This document shows, in pieces, positions 20,127 through 32,420 of a stretch of 64,000 nucleotides of DNA. How positions within the stretch are numbered: the stretch's first letter is position 1; the number at the start of each line of letters is the position of its first letter. A model generated the notes under the pieces. It was given only the letters and a program-made list of their open reading frames with translations, made no database searches and was not told where the DNA came from. The translations under genes and the position numbers were made by a program. The DNA comes from an uncultured Ignavibacterium sp. (GTDB lineage Bacteria > Bacteroidota > Ignavibacteria > Ch128b), in the NCBI GenBank assembly GCA_964454895.1, contig CAYVTW010000001.1, positions 248,724 to 312,723 of the forward strand. The letters are read 5' to 3'.

Positions 20127-20160
20127 AAAAAGGGATAATCGAAATTGATTATCCCTTTTT
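20127..20160. terminator. Bidirectional intrinsic terminator between the baeRF3 gene and tRNA-Cys
   Basis: AAAAAGGGATAATC-gaaatt-GATTATCCCTTTTT. Confidence 0.9.
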
Positions 20161-20167
20161 TGTTTTG

Positions 20168-20240
20168 AGGCGCGGGCCGGATTCGAACCGGCGAATAAAG
20201 GTTTTGCAGACCTCTCCCTTAGCCACTTGGGTACCGCGCC
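20168..20240 (-). tRNA. tRNA-Cys(GCA)
   Basis: Minus strand: acceptor GGCGCGG/CCGCGCC; anticodon loop CTGCAAA; TTCGAAT; discriminator T. Confidence 0.95.
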
Positions 20241-20260
20241 ATTTTTTCAATTTGTCTGAT

Positions 20261-20293
20261 AAAAAAAATCCCGATGTTAATTTCATCGGGATT
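20261..20293 (-). terminator. Terminator-like hairpin between tRNA-Gly(GCC) and tRNA-Cys
   Basis: Minus strand AATCCCGATG-aaattaa-CATCGGGATT then TTTTTT. Confidence 0.75.
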
Positions 20294-20302
20294 CTCTACA
20301 AG

Positions 20303-20375
20303 AGCGGGAAACGGGACTCGAACCCGCGACATTCACCTTGGCAAGGTGACGCTCTACCAACTGAGCTATTCCCGC
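20303..20375 (-). tRNA. tRNA-Gly(GCC)
   Basis: Minus strand: GCGGGAA/TTCCCGC; anticodon stem TCACC/GGTGA with loop TTGCCAA; TTCGAGT. Confidence 0.95.
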
Positions 20376-20416
20376 ATGACAAAATTTTAAGAACGTTTTT
20401 CTTTTCAAATGCAGTG

Positions 20417-20424
20417 CAAATATA
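20417..20424 (-). promoter_or_regulatory. Putative -7 box (TATATTTG) of the tRNA-Gly/Cys promoter
   Basis: Minus-strand TATATTTGC about 40 nt upstream of the mature tRNA 5' end. Confidence 0.45.
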
Positions 20425-20710
20425 ATTTTTATTATTAACTCAATCAAGTTATTCTAATTTTTCATAAAAACAGAGAATATTGACTTGATTAATTCACTAT
20501 ATGATTACATCCTTATTCAGTGGTATTAAGATTTTGAATGTCGAAGATTAATTATTCCCAATAAATCGAACTTGAACAGACAAGTACTTAAATATGGTTG
20601 TGATCGTAACGCTGTATTAATTACTATCTTGTGTGGACTAAGAGAAATTGAAAAATTTTTCTATATCATAGAGCTGTTTATTTAGCTAAATTGAGAAAAA
20701 GAGGTTATAA

Positions 20711-22726
20711 ATGGCGAAAAAAAAGCCAAATCGATTAAGTAAAGAGAAAAGTCTTTATTTGCGACAACACATGTACAATCCAATTGATTGGTTTCCTTGG
20801 TCAGAAGAGGCTTTTGAAATTGCATTGAAAGAAAACAAACCAATTTTTCTTAGCATTGGATATAGCTCATGTCATTGGTGTCATGTAATGGAAAAAGAAA
20901 GTTTTGAAGATCCTGAAATAGCAAAAATTTTAAACGAAAATTTTATTTCTATTAAAGTGGATCGCGAAGAGCATCCTGATGTAGACAATTTTTATATGAC
21001 CTTTGTTCAATCTACAACTGAAAGCGGTGGATGGCCGTTAAGTGTATTTTTATTCCCTGATAAGACACCATTTTTTGGAGGGACTTACTTCCCACCTCAA
21101 CCAAAATTTGGTAAGCCTTCATTCAAGATTGTTTTGCTTTCTATAATCGAAGCTTTTAGATCTAAACGAAATGAATTTGAAAAAATAAAAAATGGTGTTA
21201 AAAAATATCTTGGAATGTCTTTTACAGCTTCAGAATATTCTGAAAGCATAGAATTGGATAAAATTCATGAGGCTTATACAATTATTTCGAATATTTACGA
21301 TTGGGAAAATGGTGGTTGGGGGAAAGAGGCTAAATTCCCAATGTTTCCTTTAATAAATTTTTTGATTGATTATCACCTGGCCTTCAATAATGAAAATGCG
21401 ATCCGAATGGTTGAACACAAGCTCAATAGAATTTTAACAGGTGGAATTTATGATCATATTTCAGGTGGTATGCACAGATACACTGTTGACAATAAATGGA
21501 TCGTTCCACATTTCGAAAAAATGCTCTACGATAATGCTCAATTAATAGAAGTGATTTCAAGATTTTTATTAGTTAAAGACAATGAATTCTTTCAATCAAA
21601 ACTATACGAGACTTTCAATTTTCTGAAATCTGAAATGAAATTTCGTAATGGAGGATATATTACTGCTATTGATGCAGATTCAGAAGGTGAAGAAGGAAAG
21701 TTCTATCTCTGGAATTATTATGAACTTGTTGATAGCGTTGAAGAAATAATTGATAAAGAATTATTCTTCACTTATTTCCAATTTAATTTAATAGATAGCA
21801 ACAAATTAGTTGGAAATATTTCTCTCATGAACATCACTGATCCAAATCAATCTATTTTGTTGAATGAATTGGAGATAACCCGAAATCACTTAAATCAGAT
21901 CCGAAACAGGAGAGTTAAACCAGGTAAAGACAATAAAATATTAACTGATTTGAACTGTAGGTTAGCATCAGCACTGACCCATGCGTTTAGAGCAACAGAG
22001 GATGAAAATTTTTTAAAGGAAGCAGTATCAATTAATGACTTCGTTTTAAAGAATTTAATTCGAGAAGGAAAATTATATCATACCTTCGTTGAAGGTGACG
22101 CTCGTATTTCTGGTTTTGCTGAGGATTATTTTGCTCTTATTGATGCTTGCATTAATTTATATGAAGTAACATTTGAAGAGGAATATCTATTTCTTGCTAA
22201 TGATTTTTTAAAGAAAGCATTAGAATTATTCTATGATCAAGAAAGAAATATCATTTATCAACAAGAATCAAATACAAGTTTACCTTTGAGGACAAGTGAG
22301 ACCAAAGATTATTCAAAACCATCTTCAACTTCACTTGCAATTTCGAATATGGTTAAGTTAAGTAAGATCTTTGAAAACGCTGAACTAAATACAATCGCTG
22401 AAAGGTTAATAAAAAAGAATTTCAATGAGATGGTTCAGTATCCATTTGGAGGGGGAAAATTCTTCGCTGCAACTTTACAATATCTTCTACCATCAAGAGA
22501 ATTGATTTTAGTTGAAGGAGATGATTTTAAAAATCTCAAAGAATTTAAAACCTTTCTTTTCAATCAAATTTATCCCTCACAAATCATTTTATTTAAGAAA
22601 AAGGCCTCAAGATTAAGCGCAGAATATTTGGTTTCTAAAGATAGTATTGAAAATAAACCAACACTTTATATTTGCGAGAACTTTGTTTGTAAAAAACCAA
22701 TTGTTGATATCAAAGAGCTAGGTTAA
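20711..22726 (+). CDS. Thioredoxin-domain protein, YyaL/SPATA20 (DUF255) family
   Basis: [57 protein letters not shown]. Confidence 0.9.
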   Translation: MAKKKPNRLSKEKSLYLRQHMYNPIDWFPWSEEAFEIALKENKPIFLSIGYSSCHWCHVMEKESFEDPEIAKILNENFISIKVDREEHPDVDNFYMTFVQSTTESGGWPLSVFLFPDKTPFFGGTYFPPQPKFGKPSFKIVLLSIIEAFRSKRNEFEKIKNGVKKYLGMSFTASEYSESIELDKIHEAYTIISNIYDWENGGWGKEAKFPMFPLINFLIDYHLAFNNENAIRMVEHKLNRILTGGIYDHISGGMHRYTVDNKWIVPHFEKMLYDNAQLIEVISRFLLVKDNEFFQSKLYETFNFLKSEMKFRNGGYITAIDADSEGEEGKFYLWNYYELVDSVEEIIDKELFFTYFQFNLIDSNKLVGNISLMNITDPNQSILLNELEITRNHLNQIRNRRVKPGKDNKILTDLNCRLASALTHAFRATEDENFLKEAVSINDFVLKNLIREGKLYHTFVEGDARISGFAEDYFALIDACINLYEVTFEEEYLFLANDFLKKALELFYDQERNIIYQQESNTSLPLRTSETKDYSKPSSTSLAISNMVKLSKIFENAELNTIAERLIKKNFNEMVQYPFGGGKFFAATLQYLLPSRELILVEGDDFKNLKEFKTFLFNQIYPSQIILFKKKASRLSAEYLVSKDSIENKPTLYICENFVCKKPIVDIKELG

Positions 22727-22786
22727 TTTTAATTAATTTTGCCATTCCATTTTTTAATAAATTGGTTAGAAATTAATTGGTTAAAC

Positions 22787-23578
22787 ATGATAAAGATTAT
22801 TGATTTGGATTTTCATTATCCTGAGTCACCACACAAAATTATTTTGAATAACATCAATTTAGAATTCAACAAAAATGAATTCACAGTCATTCTTGGTCCG
22901 AACGGTTCTGGTAAAACTACGCTTATAAAAATTATCGCTCGCTTATTGAAACCTGTCAGAGGTAAACTACTCCTAGAAAATGTAAGTTATGAGCTTATCA
23001 GACAAAAAGATTTTTATCGTCGAGTTAGCTATGTTCCGCAAAAATTTTTCTCAATCTATCCCTACACTGTTTTTGAAATTGTGTTGATGGGAAGGAGTTT
23101 GAATTTTAATTTTTTAGGTTTCGAAAATCAAAATGATATAAATAAAGTAAACGAAATATTGGAACGACTTGAATTAACTCACCTTGCAAAAAAGAGGATA
23201 AACGAGATAAGTGGAGGAGAACTTCAAAAAGTAATCTTAGCGAGATCACTCGTACAGGAGACTGATATTTTACTTCTTGATGAACCTAATACTCATTTAG
23301 ATTTAAAGCATCAAATTCAATTTTTTGAATTACTTAGTTCATTAAAAAATCAAAATAAAACAATTATCGCCGTTTCTCATGATATTAATATTGCATCTTT
23401 TTATGCTGATAGATTAATATTCATTAAAGAAGGTCTTATTCGATACGATGGCGATATCAACTCTGTATTAAAGGAAGAAATTATCGAAGAAATTTTCGAA
23501 ATTGAAAATAAAGTTTTGCTTGATTCAAATGAAAATATCCCACAACTAATCATCAAACCATTAAGGAAGAAAATTTGA
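22787..23578 (+). CDS. ABC transporter ATP-binding subunit (Fe-siderophore/cobalamin type)
   Basis: Walker A GPNGSGKTT, ISGGELQ signature, LLLDEP, SHD; ATG 22787 preferred over TTG 22739. Confidence 0.88.
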   Translation: MIKIIDLDFHYPESPHKIILNNINLEFNKNEFTVILGPNGSGKTTLIKIIARLLKPVRGKLLLENVSYELIRQKDFYRRVSYVPQKFFSIYPYTVFEIVLMGRSLNFNFLGFENQNDINKVNEILERLELTHLAKKRINEISGGELQKVILARSLVQETDILLLDEPNTHLDLKHQIQFFELLSSLKNQNKTIIAVSHDINIASFYADRLIFIKEGLIRYDGDINSVLKEEIIEEIFEIENKVLLDSNENIPQLIIKPLRKKI

Positions 23579-24615
23579 TTAATTCAACTCTACAAAAAAA
23601 AATCTTTCTAATTTTTGTTGGGATCTTTGGTGAAACTTCTTCACTCATCTTTATCTATTTCATTAAATATAGAACTCACAATCTCACTCTTGAGGATGTA
23701 GATATTTTCTTTACTGGTAATCTAATCAACTTAATTATTAGCGGATTAGTGGTTTTATTTTTAATCTTTAATCTTTTTCGAATTCAAAAACTCAAGTTTG
23801 TTGAAATTCAAGTTTATTTAAACTCTCTATTTTTTTCAGTGCTAATGCTTTTGATTCTAGTTATTTTACTTTCTAAGGATTTTTATGTGTTAAGTATGTT
23901 GAAATCGAAAGAATATGAGCTGGAAAAAGTTATTAGTGTTTTACTTTGGATAATCTTTTTTGTAGTTAAATTATTTAGTTTGAATTACCTCGTCCTTAAA
24001 TCTTTTTCAATCAAGAGAGGGCTACTTCCAAAAAATCTAATTTTAATTGCATTTACATTTGTGATAATAATTCTTGTTGCGTTTGTAAAAATCTATACAA
24101 TTTCAAAAACAGGAGACGAGTATCAACTTAAAAAGGGAGAAAGGTTCAATGCATTGGTTGTTCTTGGAGCAGCTGTTTGGAAAGGAAATATACCAAGCCC
24201 TATTTACGAAGGAAGATTGAATAAAACTGCAGAGTTATTAGCTCACGGATATTCAGATAAAATAATTTTAACAGGTAGTAATGCACCTTTTGAATTATCT
24301 GAAGCTCTTGTTGGTAAAATTTATCTTCAAAAAAAAGGGATTGACTCATCGAAAATTGAAACTGAAGAAAAAACTACAAGCACAATTGATCAAATTCATT
24401 TTATTAAGCGTGAATTGATTGAGAAAAGAAACTATAAAAAAATTCTGATTATTAGCGATGCCTTTCATTTACCAAGAGTAATTGAAATTTCTAAGTTTTT
24501 GTCCATTGAAATAAAAGTTGCTCGCTCAAATTTAAAGTTCGAGTTTTTGAATAATTTATGGTATAGAATTCGTGAGTCTGTTTTGCTCTCAGTATTCTGG
24601 CTATTTGCAGTGTGA
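23575..24615 (+). CDS. YdcF/DUF218 family protein with multi-TM N-terminal extension
   Basis: About 5 TM helices, then LVVLGAAV, RLNKTAEL, ILTGS, EEKTTSTIDQ, ISDAFHLPR. Confidence 0.8.
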   Translation: MINSTLQKKIFLIFVGIFGETSSLIFIYFIKYRTHNLTLEDVDIFFTGNLINLIISGLVVLFLIFNLFRIQKLKFVEIQVYLNSLFFSVLMLLILVILLSKDFYVLSMLKSKEYELEKVISVLLWIIFFVVKLFSLNYLVLKSFSIKRGLLPKNLILIAFTFVIIILVAFVKIYTISKTGDEYQLKKGERFNALVVLGAAVWKGNIPSPIYEGRLNKTAELLAHGYSDKIILTGSNAPFELSEALVGKIYLQKKGIDSSKIETEEKTTSTIDQIHFIKRELIEKRNYKKILIISDAFHLPRVIEISKFLSIEIKVARSNLKFEFLNNLWYRIRESVLLSVFWLFAV

Positions 24616-24657
24616 TAAAAAATCCTATCTAAAATTTTTAGAAATTAACGTTAATGA

Positions 24658-26301
<1,644 letters not shown>

Positions 26302-26310
26302 TCTTAAATT

Positions 26311-27825
26311 ATGAGAAAGTTGTTTGTCACTATTTTCTCGATCTTATTTTGTGTTAGCTCATTATCTGCGATTCAAAATCAAACAAATAATTATGATACA
26401 AGACTTCGAAAAGCAATTGACCTTGTTTTCAACTTTAAATTCAAAGAAGCTGAGGAAACTTTACTAGAGCTCTCTGAACAGAATAAGACCGATGCGAGGC
26501 CTTTACTTTATCTCTCAAATATTTATGTATGGAAATTTATTGGTGATAGAGAAAAGAACGATTTCGAGAAATTTGAGAATTACAGTAAACAAACTATCAC
26601 TCGAGCGGAAAATCAACTCAAAAGAAATCCCAATGATTTATGGTCATATTACTCACTATCTAGCGTTTATGGTTACCGTGCGTTGATGTTATTTATGAAT
26701 CGTGATTTCATTGATGGATTATGGGCAGTTAGAAAATCTATTTCTTGGACAAACGACTTAATTGCAGTTAATCCAGAATTCTATGATGGATACCTCTGGC
26801 GTGGTGTTTTTTATTTTTCACTTCACCAAGTCCCATCAGCTTTTCGTGGGCTTCTATCGATAGTTGGATTTAAGGGCGATATAAAACAAGGTCTAAGGGA
26901 TATTCAACTTGTTTCTAGAAAAGGAGACTTAGCAAAGGTTGAAGCGGATTATTTTCTATCACAATTTTATTCATCTTCATTAAATGATAATCAGAGAGCT
27001 TATGAATTATTGAAAGATTTGGCTACAAAGTTTCCCGATAACGAATTATTTGTTTATTCTACAGCTGTTGAATTAATCAAGCTCCACAAAATTGATGATG
27101 CTGAAAAATTACTTTACAGGATTGTAAAAAATAAATCTGTTGAAATTGATGCGATAAGAGAATTGAGCAATTTTTTAATTGGCGATTGTGCATTTTACAA
27201 TAACAATTTTAGTACTGCAATTTCGAATTACGAGTCATTTGTATCTGATTACAATCAAAATCAATATAAACCGACTGCCTACTTTCGAAGTGGAGTAAGT
27301 TCATATTTTCTGAACGATAAACAACAAGCGAAGAACTATTTTGAGAAATCGATTTCACTCGAATCGAGAGTAAGCGAAGATAAATTCCATCAGCGATACG
27401 CGAAGAAGATATTAAGTTCTAACTTCGATGAGAAATTATTGAAATTGTTTTATGGATGGAATTTTTTAAGGGCTGGGAAATTCGAGTCTGCCATTTCAAT
27501 ATTTGACGAAATCTTAAATTCAAACTCAAATAGTGATTTAAAAATAGTTGCCTCTTATTTAAAAGGTTTAAGTTATTTCAAGTTAAATGATTCGACAAAT
27601 GCAAAGAGAGTACTTAGGGAGACATTAAAGTTTAATACCAAAGATGAGATGTGGGCTAAAGCTTTTGCCAACTTGTATTTGGCAAGAATTGAGTTTAATT
27701 CTAAAAATTATCAATCCGCAGAAAATTATATCTCTAGGATTATGGATTTAAGTGATTTTGATTTTGAAAGTTCTGTGAAATCTCAAGCTAAAAATCTTCA
27801 AGAGAGAATAAAATATAATTTCTAG
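26311..27825 (+). CDS. Secreted tetratricopeptide-repeat protein
   Basis: Signal peptide (LSA|IQ); repeated helical TPR-like motifs (AYFRSGVSSY, ASYLKGLSYF, ANLYLARIEF). Confidence 0.75.
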   Translation: MRKLFVTIFSILFCVSSLSAIQNQTNNYDTRLRKAIDLVFNFKFKEAEETLLELSEQNKTDARPLLYLSNIYVWKFIGDREKNDFEKFENYSKQTITRAENQLKRNPNDLWSYYSLSSVYGYRALMLFMNRDFIDGLWAVRKSISWTNDLIAVNPEFYDGYLWRGVFYFSLHQVPSAFRGLLSIVGFKGDIKQGLRDIQLVSRKGDLAKVEADYFLSQFYSSSLNDNQRAYELLKDLATKFPDNELFVYSTAVELIKLHKIDDAEKLLYRIVKNKSVEIDAIRELSNFLIGDCAFYNNNFSTAISNYESFVSDYNQNQYKPTAYFRSGVSSYFLNDKQQAKNYFEKSISLESRVSEDKFHQRYAKKILSSNFDEKLLKLFYGWNFLRAGKFESAISIFDEILNSNSNSDLKIVASYLKGLSYFKLNDSTNAKRVLRETLKFNTKDEMWAKAFANLYLARIEFNSKNYQSAENYISRIMDLSDFDFESSVKSQAKNLQERIKYNF

Positions 27826-27913
27826 GACTAACTAAATTTGTTACGAAATATTTAAAAATGCCTTAAAAATTGCTAAAATTTTAAGCAATAGCTAAATTGC
27901 ACGCATAAATGAG

Positions 27914-28522
27914 ATGAATGTGAATAAGTTTAGGATTTGTGTTTTTGCTTCAGGTCGAGGTTCAAATTTGCAGGCAATAATTGATGCGATTAAAAAAGGT
28001 AAGTTAAATTGTGAGATAGTCTTTGTTCTTAGTAATAATTCGGATTCTGGTGCATTAGAAATTGCGAGACAAAATAACATTCCTGCGTTTCATCTCAGCG
28101 AAAAAAAATTTCATAAGGAAAATTTTGAATTATCTTTGCTCGATTTGTTAGAACAATTTCAACCAGATTTAATTGTGCTTGCTGGTTATATGAAGCTTGT
28201 GCCGGTATCAGTAATTGAAAAATTTAGGAACCGCATTATAAATATCCATCCGGCTTTGCTTCCAAAGTTTGGTGGTAAAGGGATGTATGGTATGAATGTA
28301 CATGAAGCGGTTTTTGCAGCAGGTGAAAAAGTAAGTGGCGTAACTGTTCATCTTGTTAATGAAAAATACGATGAAGGAAAAATTTTATATCAAGAGCAAA
28401 TAGATATAAGTGATTGTAATTCACCAGAAGAAATTTCGAGTAAAGTTTTGAAGCTCGAACATCGCCTGTATCCTGAAGTAATCCAAAACATAATTGAAGG
28501 AAAGATCTCACTGGAACAATAA
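27914..28522 (+). CDS. purN: Phosphoribosylglycinamide formyltransferase
   Basis: FASGRGSNLQA, LAGYM, NIHPALLP, GVTVHLV, EHRLYP. Confidence 0.96.
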   Translation: MNVNKFRICVFASGRGSNLQAIIDAIKKGKLNCEIVFVLSNNSDSGALEIARQNNIPAFHLSEKKFHKENFELSLLDLLEQFQPDLIVLAGYMKLVPVSVIEKFRNRIINIHPALLPKFGGKGMYGMNVHEAVFAAGEKVSGVTVHLVNEKYDEGKILYQEQIDISDCNSPEEISSKVLKLEHRLYPEVIQNIIEGKISLEQ

Positions 28523-30060
28523 TGATAGATTTTTTAGAGATTAAGAGAGCATTAATAAGTGTATATGATAAAACTGACTTAGATGAGCTTGTTGAAGTTC
28601 TAGAAAAATTTAATGTTGAGATTTTTTCGTCAGGTGGAACATATCAATACCTCTATCCTAAATTCAAAAATGTTAAATCGCTGAGTGAAATTACTGGTAT
28701 TACTTCGATTCTGGATGGAAGAGTAAAAACTCTTCATCCACTTGTTCATGCTTCTATTCTTGCCAAAAAAGATTCTCCTCAACATCTTCAAGAATTGAAA
28801 TCTAATAGTATCGAACCAATTGATTTAGTAGTGATTAATTTTTATCCGTTTGAAAAAATATTGACAAAAGAAAAAACTTCTGAAGAAGAGTTAATTGAAA
28901 ATATTGATATAGGTGGACCAACTCTCGTTCGTTCTGCTGCGAAGAATTTCAACTCTGTAGTTGTGGTCTCAGGTGTTAATCAATATAAATCTCTCATCGA
29001 AGAATTGTTGAAAAATTCTGGTAAAGTTTCCTATCAAACTAGACGAGAACTAGCTGCTGAAGCTTTTCAAAGAATTGTTGAATACGACACATCGATAAGC
29101 AATTATTTTAATTTAGATAGAGTAATAAATCTTTCGCTTAAGCTCGAAAGTGAATTGAGATATGGCGAAAATCCTCATCAAAGAGCTGGATTGTATGGCA
29201 ACTTTTCCAAGGTTTTCAAGCATCTTCATGGTAAAGAATTATCTTATAATAACATACTTGACATAGTTTCTGCAACAGAGTTAGTTTTTGAATTCGATAA
29301 AAATGCCTGTGCTATCATTAAACATAACTCACCATGTGGTGTAGCAACTGGAAAAGCTGCTAAAGAAGCATTCGAAAGAGCTTTATCTTGTGACCCAATA
29401 TCTGCGTTTGGTGGAATAGTTGCTTTTAATCAGGAAGTAGACGAAGAAGCCGCAATTAAACTCAATGAAATTTTTCTTGAAGTAATTGTTGCTCCCGAAT
29501 TCGGCGATGATGCGTTGAATATCTTACGAAAGAAAAAAGATAGAAGAATCATCAAGGTTGATAAAAACTTTAAAAAACAGAAAGGTTTTCTCTTTGAGAA
29601 TGAATTAAGGTCTGTGAGTGGCGGAGTGCTAATCCAATCAAAGGATAATTTGATTATTGATAATCACTCTATTGAGTTTGTAACTGAATTAAAACCGAAC
29701 GAAAGTGAATTAGAAGATTTGATTTTTGCTTTCACTGTTTCAAAATATGTTAAATCAAATGCTATAGTTTTTGCTAAAAATGGAATGACACTTGGAATTG
29801 GTGGTGGACAAACTTCAAGAGTCGACTCAGTTAAAATTGCAATCATGAAAGCAAAAGAATTTAATCACGATTTAAATGACTCTATTGTTGCTTCTGATGG
29901 ATTTTTCCCTTTTGTAGATTCTATTAAAATCGCTAGTAGTGTTGGTGCGAAGAATTTCATTCAACCAGGTGGATCAATCCGTGATGCTGAGGTTATTCAA
30001 TTTGCAAATGAAAATAAATTAAAAATGGTATTCACAAAAATTAGACATTTTAAACACTAG
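28522..30060 (+). CDS. purH: Bifunctional AICAR transformylase/IMP cyclohydrolase
   Basis: RALISVYDK, GRVKTLHP, IDIGGP, LRYGENPHQ, KHNSPCG, SNAIV, ASDGFFPF, RHFKH. Confidence 0.97.
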   Translation: MIDFLEIKRALISVYDKTDLDELVEVLEKFNVEIFSSGGTYQYLYPKFKNVKSLSEITGITSILDGRVKTLHPLVHASILAKKDSPQHLQELKSNSIEPIDLVVINFYPFEKILTKEKTSEEELIENIDIGGPTLVRSAAKNFNSVVVVSGVNQYKSLIEELLKNSGKVSYQTRRELAAEAFQRIVEYDTSISNYFNLDRVINLSLKLESELRYGENPHQRAGLYGNFSKVFKHLHGKELSYNNILDIVSATELVFEFDKNACAIIKHNSPCGVATGKAAKEAFERALSCDPISAFGGIVAFNQEVDEEAAIKLNEIFLEVIVAPEFGDDALNILRKKKDRRIIKVDKNFKKQKGFLFENELRSVSGGVLIQSKDNLIIDNHSIEFVTELKPNESELEDLIFAFTVSKYVKSNAIVFAKNGMTLGIGGGQTSRVDSVKIAIMKAKEFNHDLNDSIVASDGFFPFVDSIKIASSVGAKNFIQPGGSIRDAEVIQFANENKLKMVFTKIRHFKH

Positions 30061-30069
30061 GAATTAAAC

Positions 30070-31095
30070 ATGGGATTATTTAATATTTTTTCTGCGGATA
30101 TAGCAATCGATTTAGGAACAGCAAACACCCTGATTTATATAAGAGGAAAGGGAATTGTTCTAAATGAACCTTCGATAGTTGCGTTCGATAAAAATTCAAA
30201 GAGGATTATTGCAGTTGGTAATCAAGCTAAAGAAATTCAAGGGAGAGAACATCGTGATATTAGAGTTAGTAGGCCATTGCGTGATGGAGTAATTGCCGAT
30301 TTTGAAATTGCCGAAGGTATGTTGAGAACTTTTATTAAAATGAGTAAAGGTGGTTTACTTCCAAGTAGACGAATTGTTATAGCTGTTCCAACAGGAATCA
30401 CTGAAGTTGAAAAAAGAGCCGTGCGAGATTCAGCTGAGCATGCTGGTGCAAAAGAAGTTCATCTAATTGCGGAACCAATGGCTGCTGCAATTGGTATCGG
30501 TTGTGATGTAGAGTCTCCTGTTGGGAATATGATTATCGACATTGGAGGTGGAACTACTGAAATAGCTGTAATTGCTCTTTCTGGTATTGTTACAGATGAA
30601 TCAATTCGTATTGCTGGCGATGAAATGAACAATGCAATCCAACAGTTCTTCAAAAAGAATTACAACATTTTAATTGGTGAGCGAACTGCTGAGATGATAA
30701 AGATTCAAGTTGGATCTGCAATGCCACTAAGAGAAGAAATTACAATTCAAGTAAAAGGTCGAGATCTTGTTCAAGGAATTCCAACTTCCGTAGAGGTAAG
30801 TTCTGAAGAAATTCGCGAAGCTTTACGTGAGCCTGTTGATCAGATTATTGAAGCTATTAAAGTGACGCTCGAAAAAACTCCTCCTGAACTTAGTGCCGAT
30901 ATTCTTGATCGTGGAATAATGTTAACTGGTGGTGGTGCTTTACTCAAAGGGCTTGATGAAAGAATTCGCCTTGAAACGAATCTACCAGTTCATGTTGCCG
31001 AAGATCCTCTTACAGCTGTGGTAAGGGGAGTTGGAAATGTGTTAGAAAACTTTGACAAATATGAGAAAGTTCTAATCCGAAGCCGAAGATACTGA
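30070..31095 (+). CDS. mreB: Rod shape-determining protein MreB
   Basis: IAIDLGTANTL, DIGGGTTE, GERTAE, LTGGGALL. Confidence 0.97.
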   Translation: MGLFNIFSADIAIDLGTANTLIYIRGKGIVLNEPSIVAFDKNSKRIIAVGNQAKEIQGREHRDIRVSRPLRDGVIADFEIAEGMLRTFIKMSKGGLLPSRRIVIAVPTGITEVEKRAVRDSAEHAGAKEVHLIAEPMAAAIGIGCDVESPVGNMIIDIGGGTTEIAVIALSGIVTDESIRIAGDEMNNAIQQFFKKNYNILIGERTAEMIKIQVGSAMPLREEITIQVKGRDLVQGIPTSVEVSSEEIREALREPVDQIIEAIKVTLEKTPPELSADILDRGIMLTGGGALLKGLDERIRLETNLPVHVAEDPLTAVVRGVGNVLENFDKYEKVLIRSRRY

Positions 31096-31096
31096 G

Positions 31097-31918
31097 ATGA
31101 TTTATTGGTTAGTTAAATTTATTAATACCTATAGACAATATGTGATATTCACTATACTAATTTTGTTCTCTCTTTTTCTTTTATCTCTCAACGACACCAA
31201 AGAAATTACAACAATAAGGAAGGCATCGTTTTTACTTTACGGTCTCATTGATTACTTAAAAAAACCTTTTGATGATTTTCTTTATTACAAGAGCGAGAAT
31301 GAAGCTCTACGAAAAGAAAATGCGGATTTAACAAGACAATTATTTGAATTAAAAAAATTTGAAACTGAGAGAAGTGAACTCTATGACTTATTAAATTTTA
31401 AGGAAAAAAATTTTGGAGAATTTATTGCTGCGAGAATTATCTTGAAGACCTCAGATGTTATTGGTAACAAAATCATTATCGATAAGGGGAGTAGACAAGG
31501 AGTAAGTTTAAACTCCATTGTAATTAACCCGCATGGTTTGATTGGATATGTATCAGATCTTTCAAAGGAATATTCCGTTGTGCATACAATTCAAAATAAT
31601 AATGTACGAATTAGTGTTGTGAACGAGAGAACAGATGCAATTGGAATCTTAAGTTGGGATGGAGAAAAATTTAAAGTTTATAATGTGAATAAATCGGCCG
31701 ATGTAAAGGAAGGTGATGTTTTTCTGACCTCACAATTTAGTACTCAATTTCCTTCAGGTATTCCTGTTATTAAAGTAACTTATGCATCGAGAGAATCCGA
31801 AACTCTTTTTTATGATATCACTGGTCGATCAATTACGAACTTTGATAAAATTTCGTATTGTATAATCTTAAAATCAGAACATTTCAATAATAAACTGAAT
31901 TTCATCTCTGTTAAATGA
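31097..31918 (+). CDS. mreC: Rod shape-determining protein MreC
   Basis: TM anchor, coiled coil (ENEALRKEN), IIDKGSRQGV, QFPSGIPV; follows mreB. Confidence 0.9.
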   Translation: MIYWLVKFINTYRQYVIFTILILFSLFLLSLNDTKEITTIRKASFLLYGLIDYLKKPFDDFLYYKSENEALRKENADLTRQLFELKKFETERSELYDLLNFKEKNFGEFIAARIILKTSDVIGNKIIIDKGSRQGVSLNSIVINPHGLIGYVSDLSKEYSVVHTIQNNNVRISVVNERTDAIGILSWDGEKFKVYNVNKSADVKEGDVFLTSQFSTQFPSGIPVIKVTYASRESETLFYDITGRSITNFDKISYCIILKSEHFNNKLNFISVK

Positions 31919-32400
31919 TGAACAAATACTACGCGTCCATTTTTTATCTTATAATATTATTGATTTTACAACTAACGCTCGTGGAATTAATCTCCTATAA
32001 AAATTTTAAACCGGATTTGTTACTAATCGGATTAATTTATTTCACACTAAGATTTGGACAAATTCAAGGAATGATTGTTTCATTTTTCTTTGGTTTATCC
32101 CTGGATATCTTGAGTAATGGTGTAATTGGTGCAAATGCTATTTCAAAGGTGATCGCTACATTTATAACTGGTTATTTTTCAGAAACCAACTCAAATAAGT
32201 TCGAATATTCTACATCTTTCTTTTTGATTGTGTTTTTTGTATCGTTAATCGAAAAAATTATTTACATATTTGTCGCCATAAGTCTAGACTTTAAATCGTT
32301 ATTGATAGTAGTGGTTCGTGATGGATTAATCCCAACAATAGTTACACTGGTATTCAGTCTTTTTGTTTTAGTGCTGCCGAAAGAGAGAGAGATTAGATAA
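31915..32400 (+). CDS. mreD: Rod shape-determining protein MreD
   Basis: Hydrophobic; PDLLLI, FFFGLSLD; position between mreC and mrdA. Confidence 0.88.
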   Translation: MMNKYYASIFYLIILLILQLTLVELISYKNFKPDLLLIGLIYFTLRFGQIQGMIVSFFFGLSLDILSNGVIGANAISKVIATFITGYFSETNSNKFEYSTSFFLIVFFVSLIEKIIYIFVAISLDFKSLLIVVVRDGLIPTIVTLVFSLFVLVLPKEREIR

Positions 32401-32420
32401 ATATAAATTATTAAAGAAAA

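Noticed and set aside
20165-20425. 86-aa plus-strand ORF
   Set aside because: Antisense translation of tRNA-Cys and tRNA-Gly
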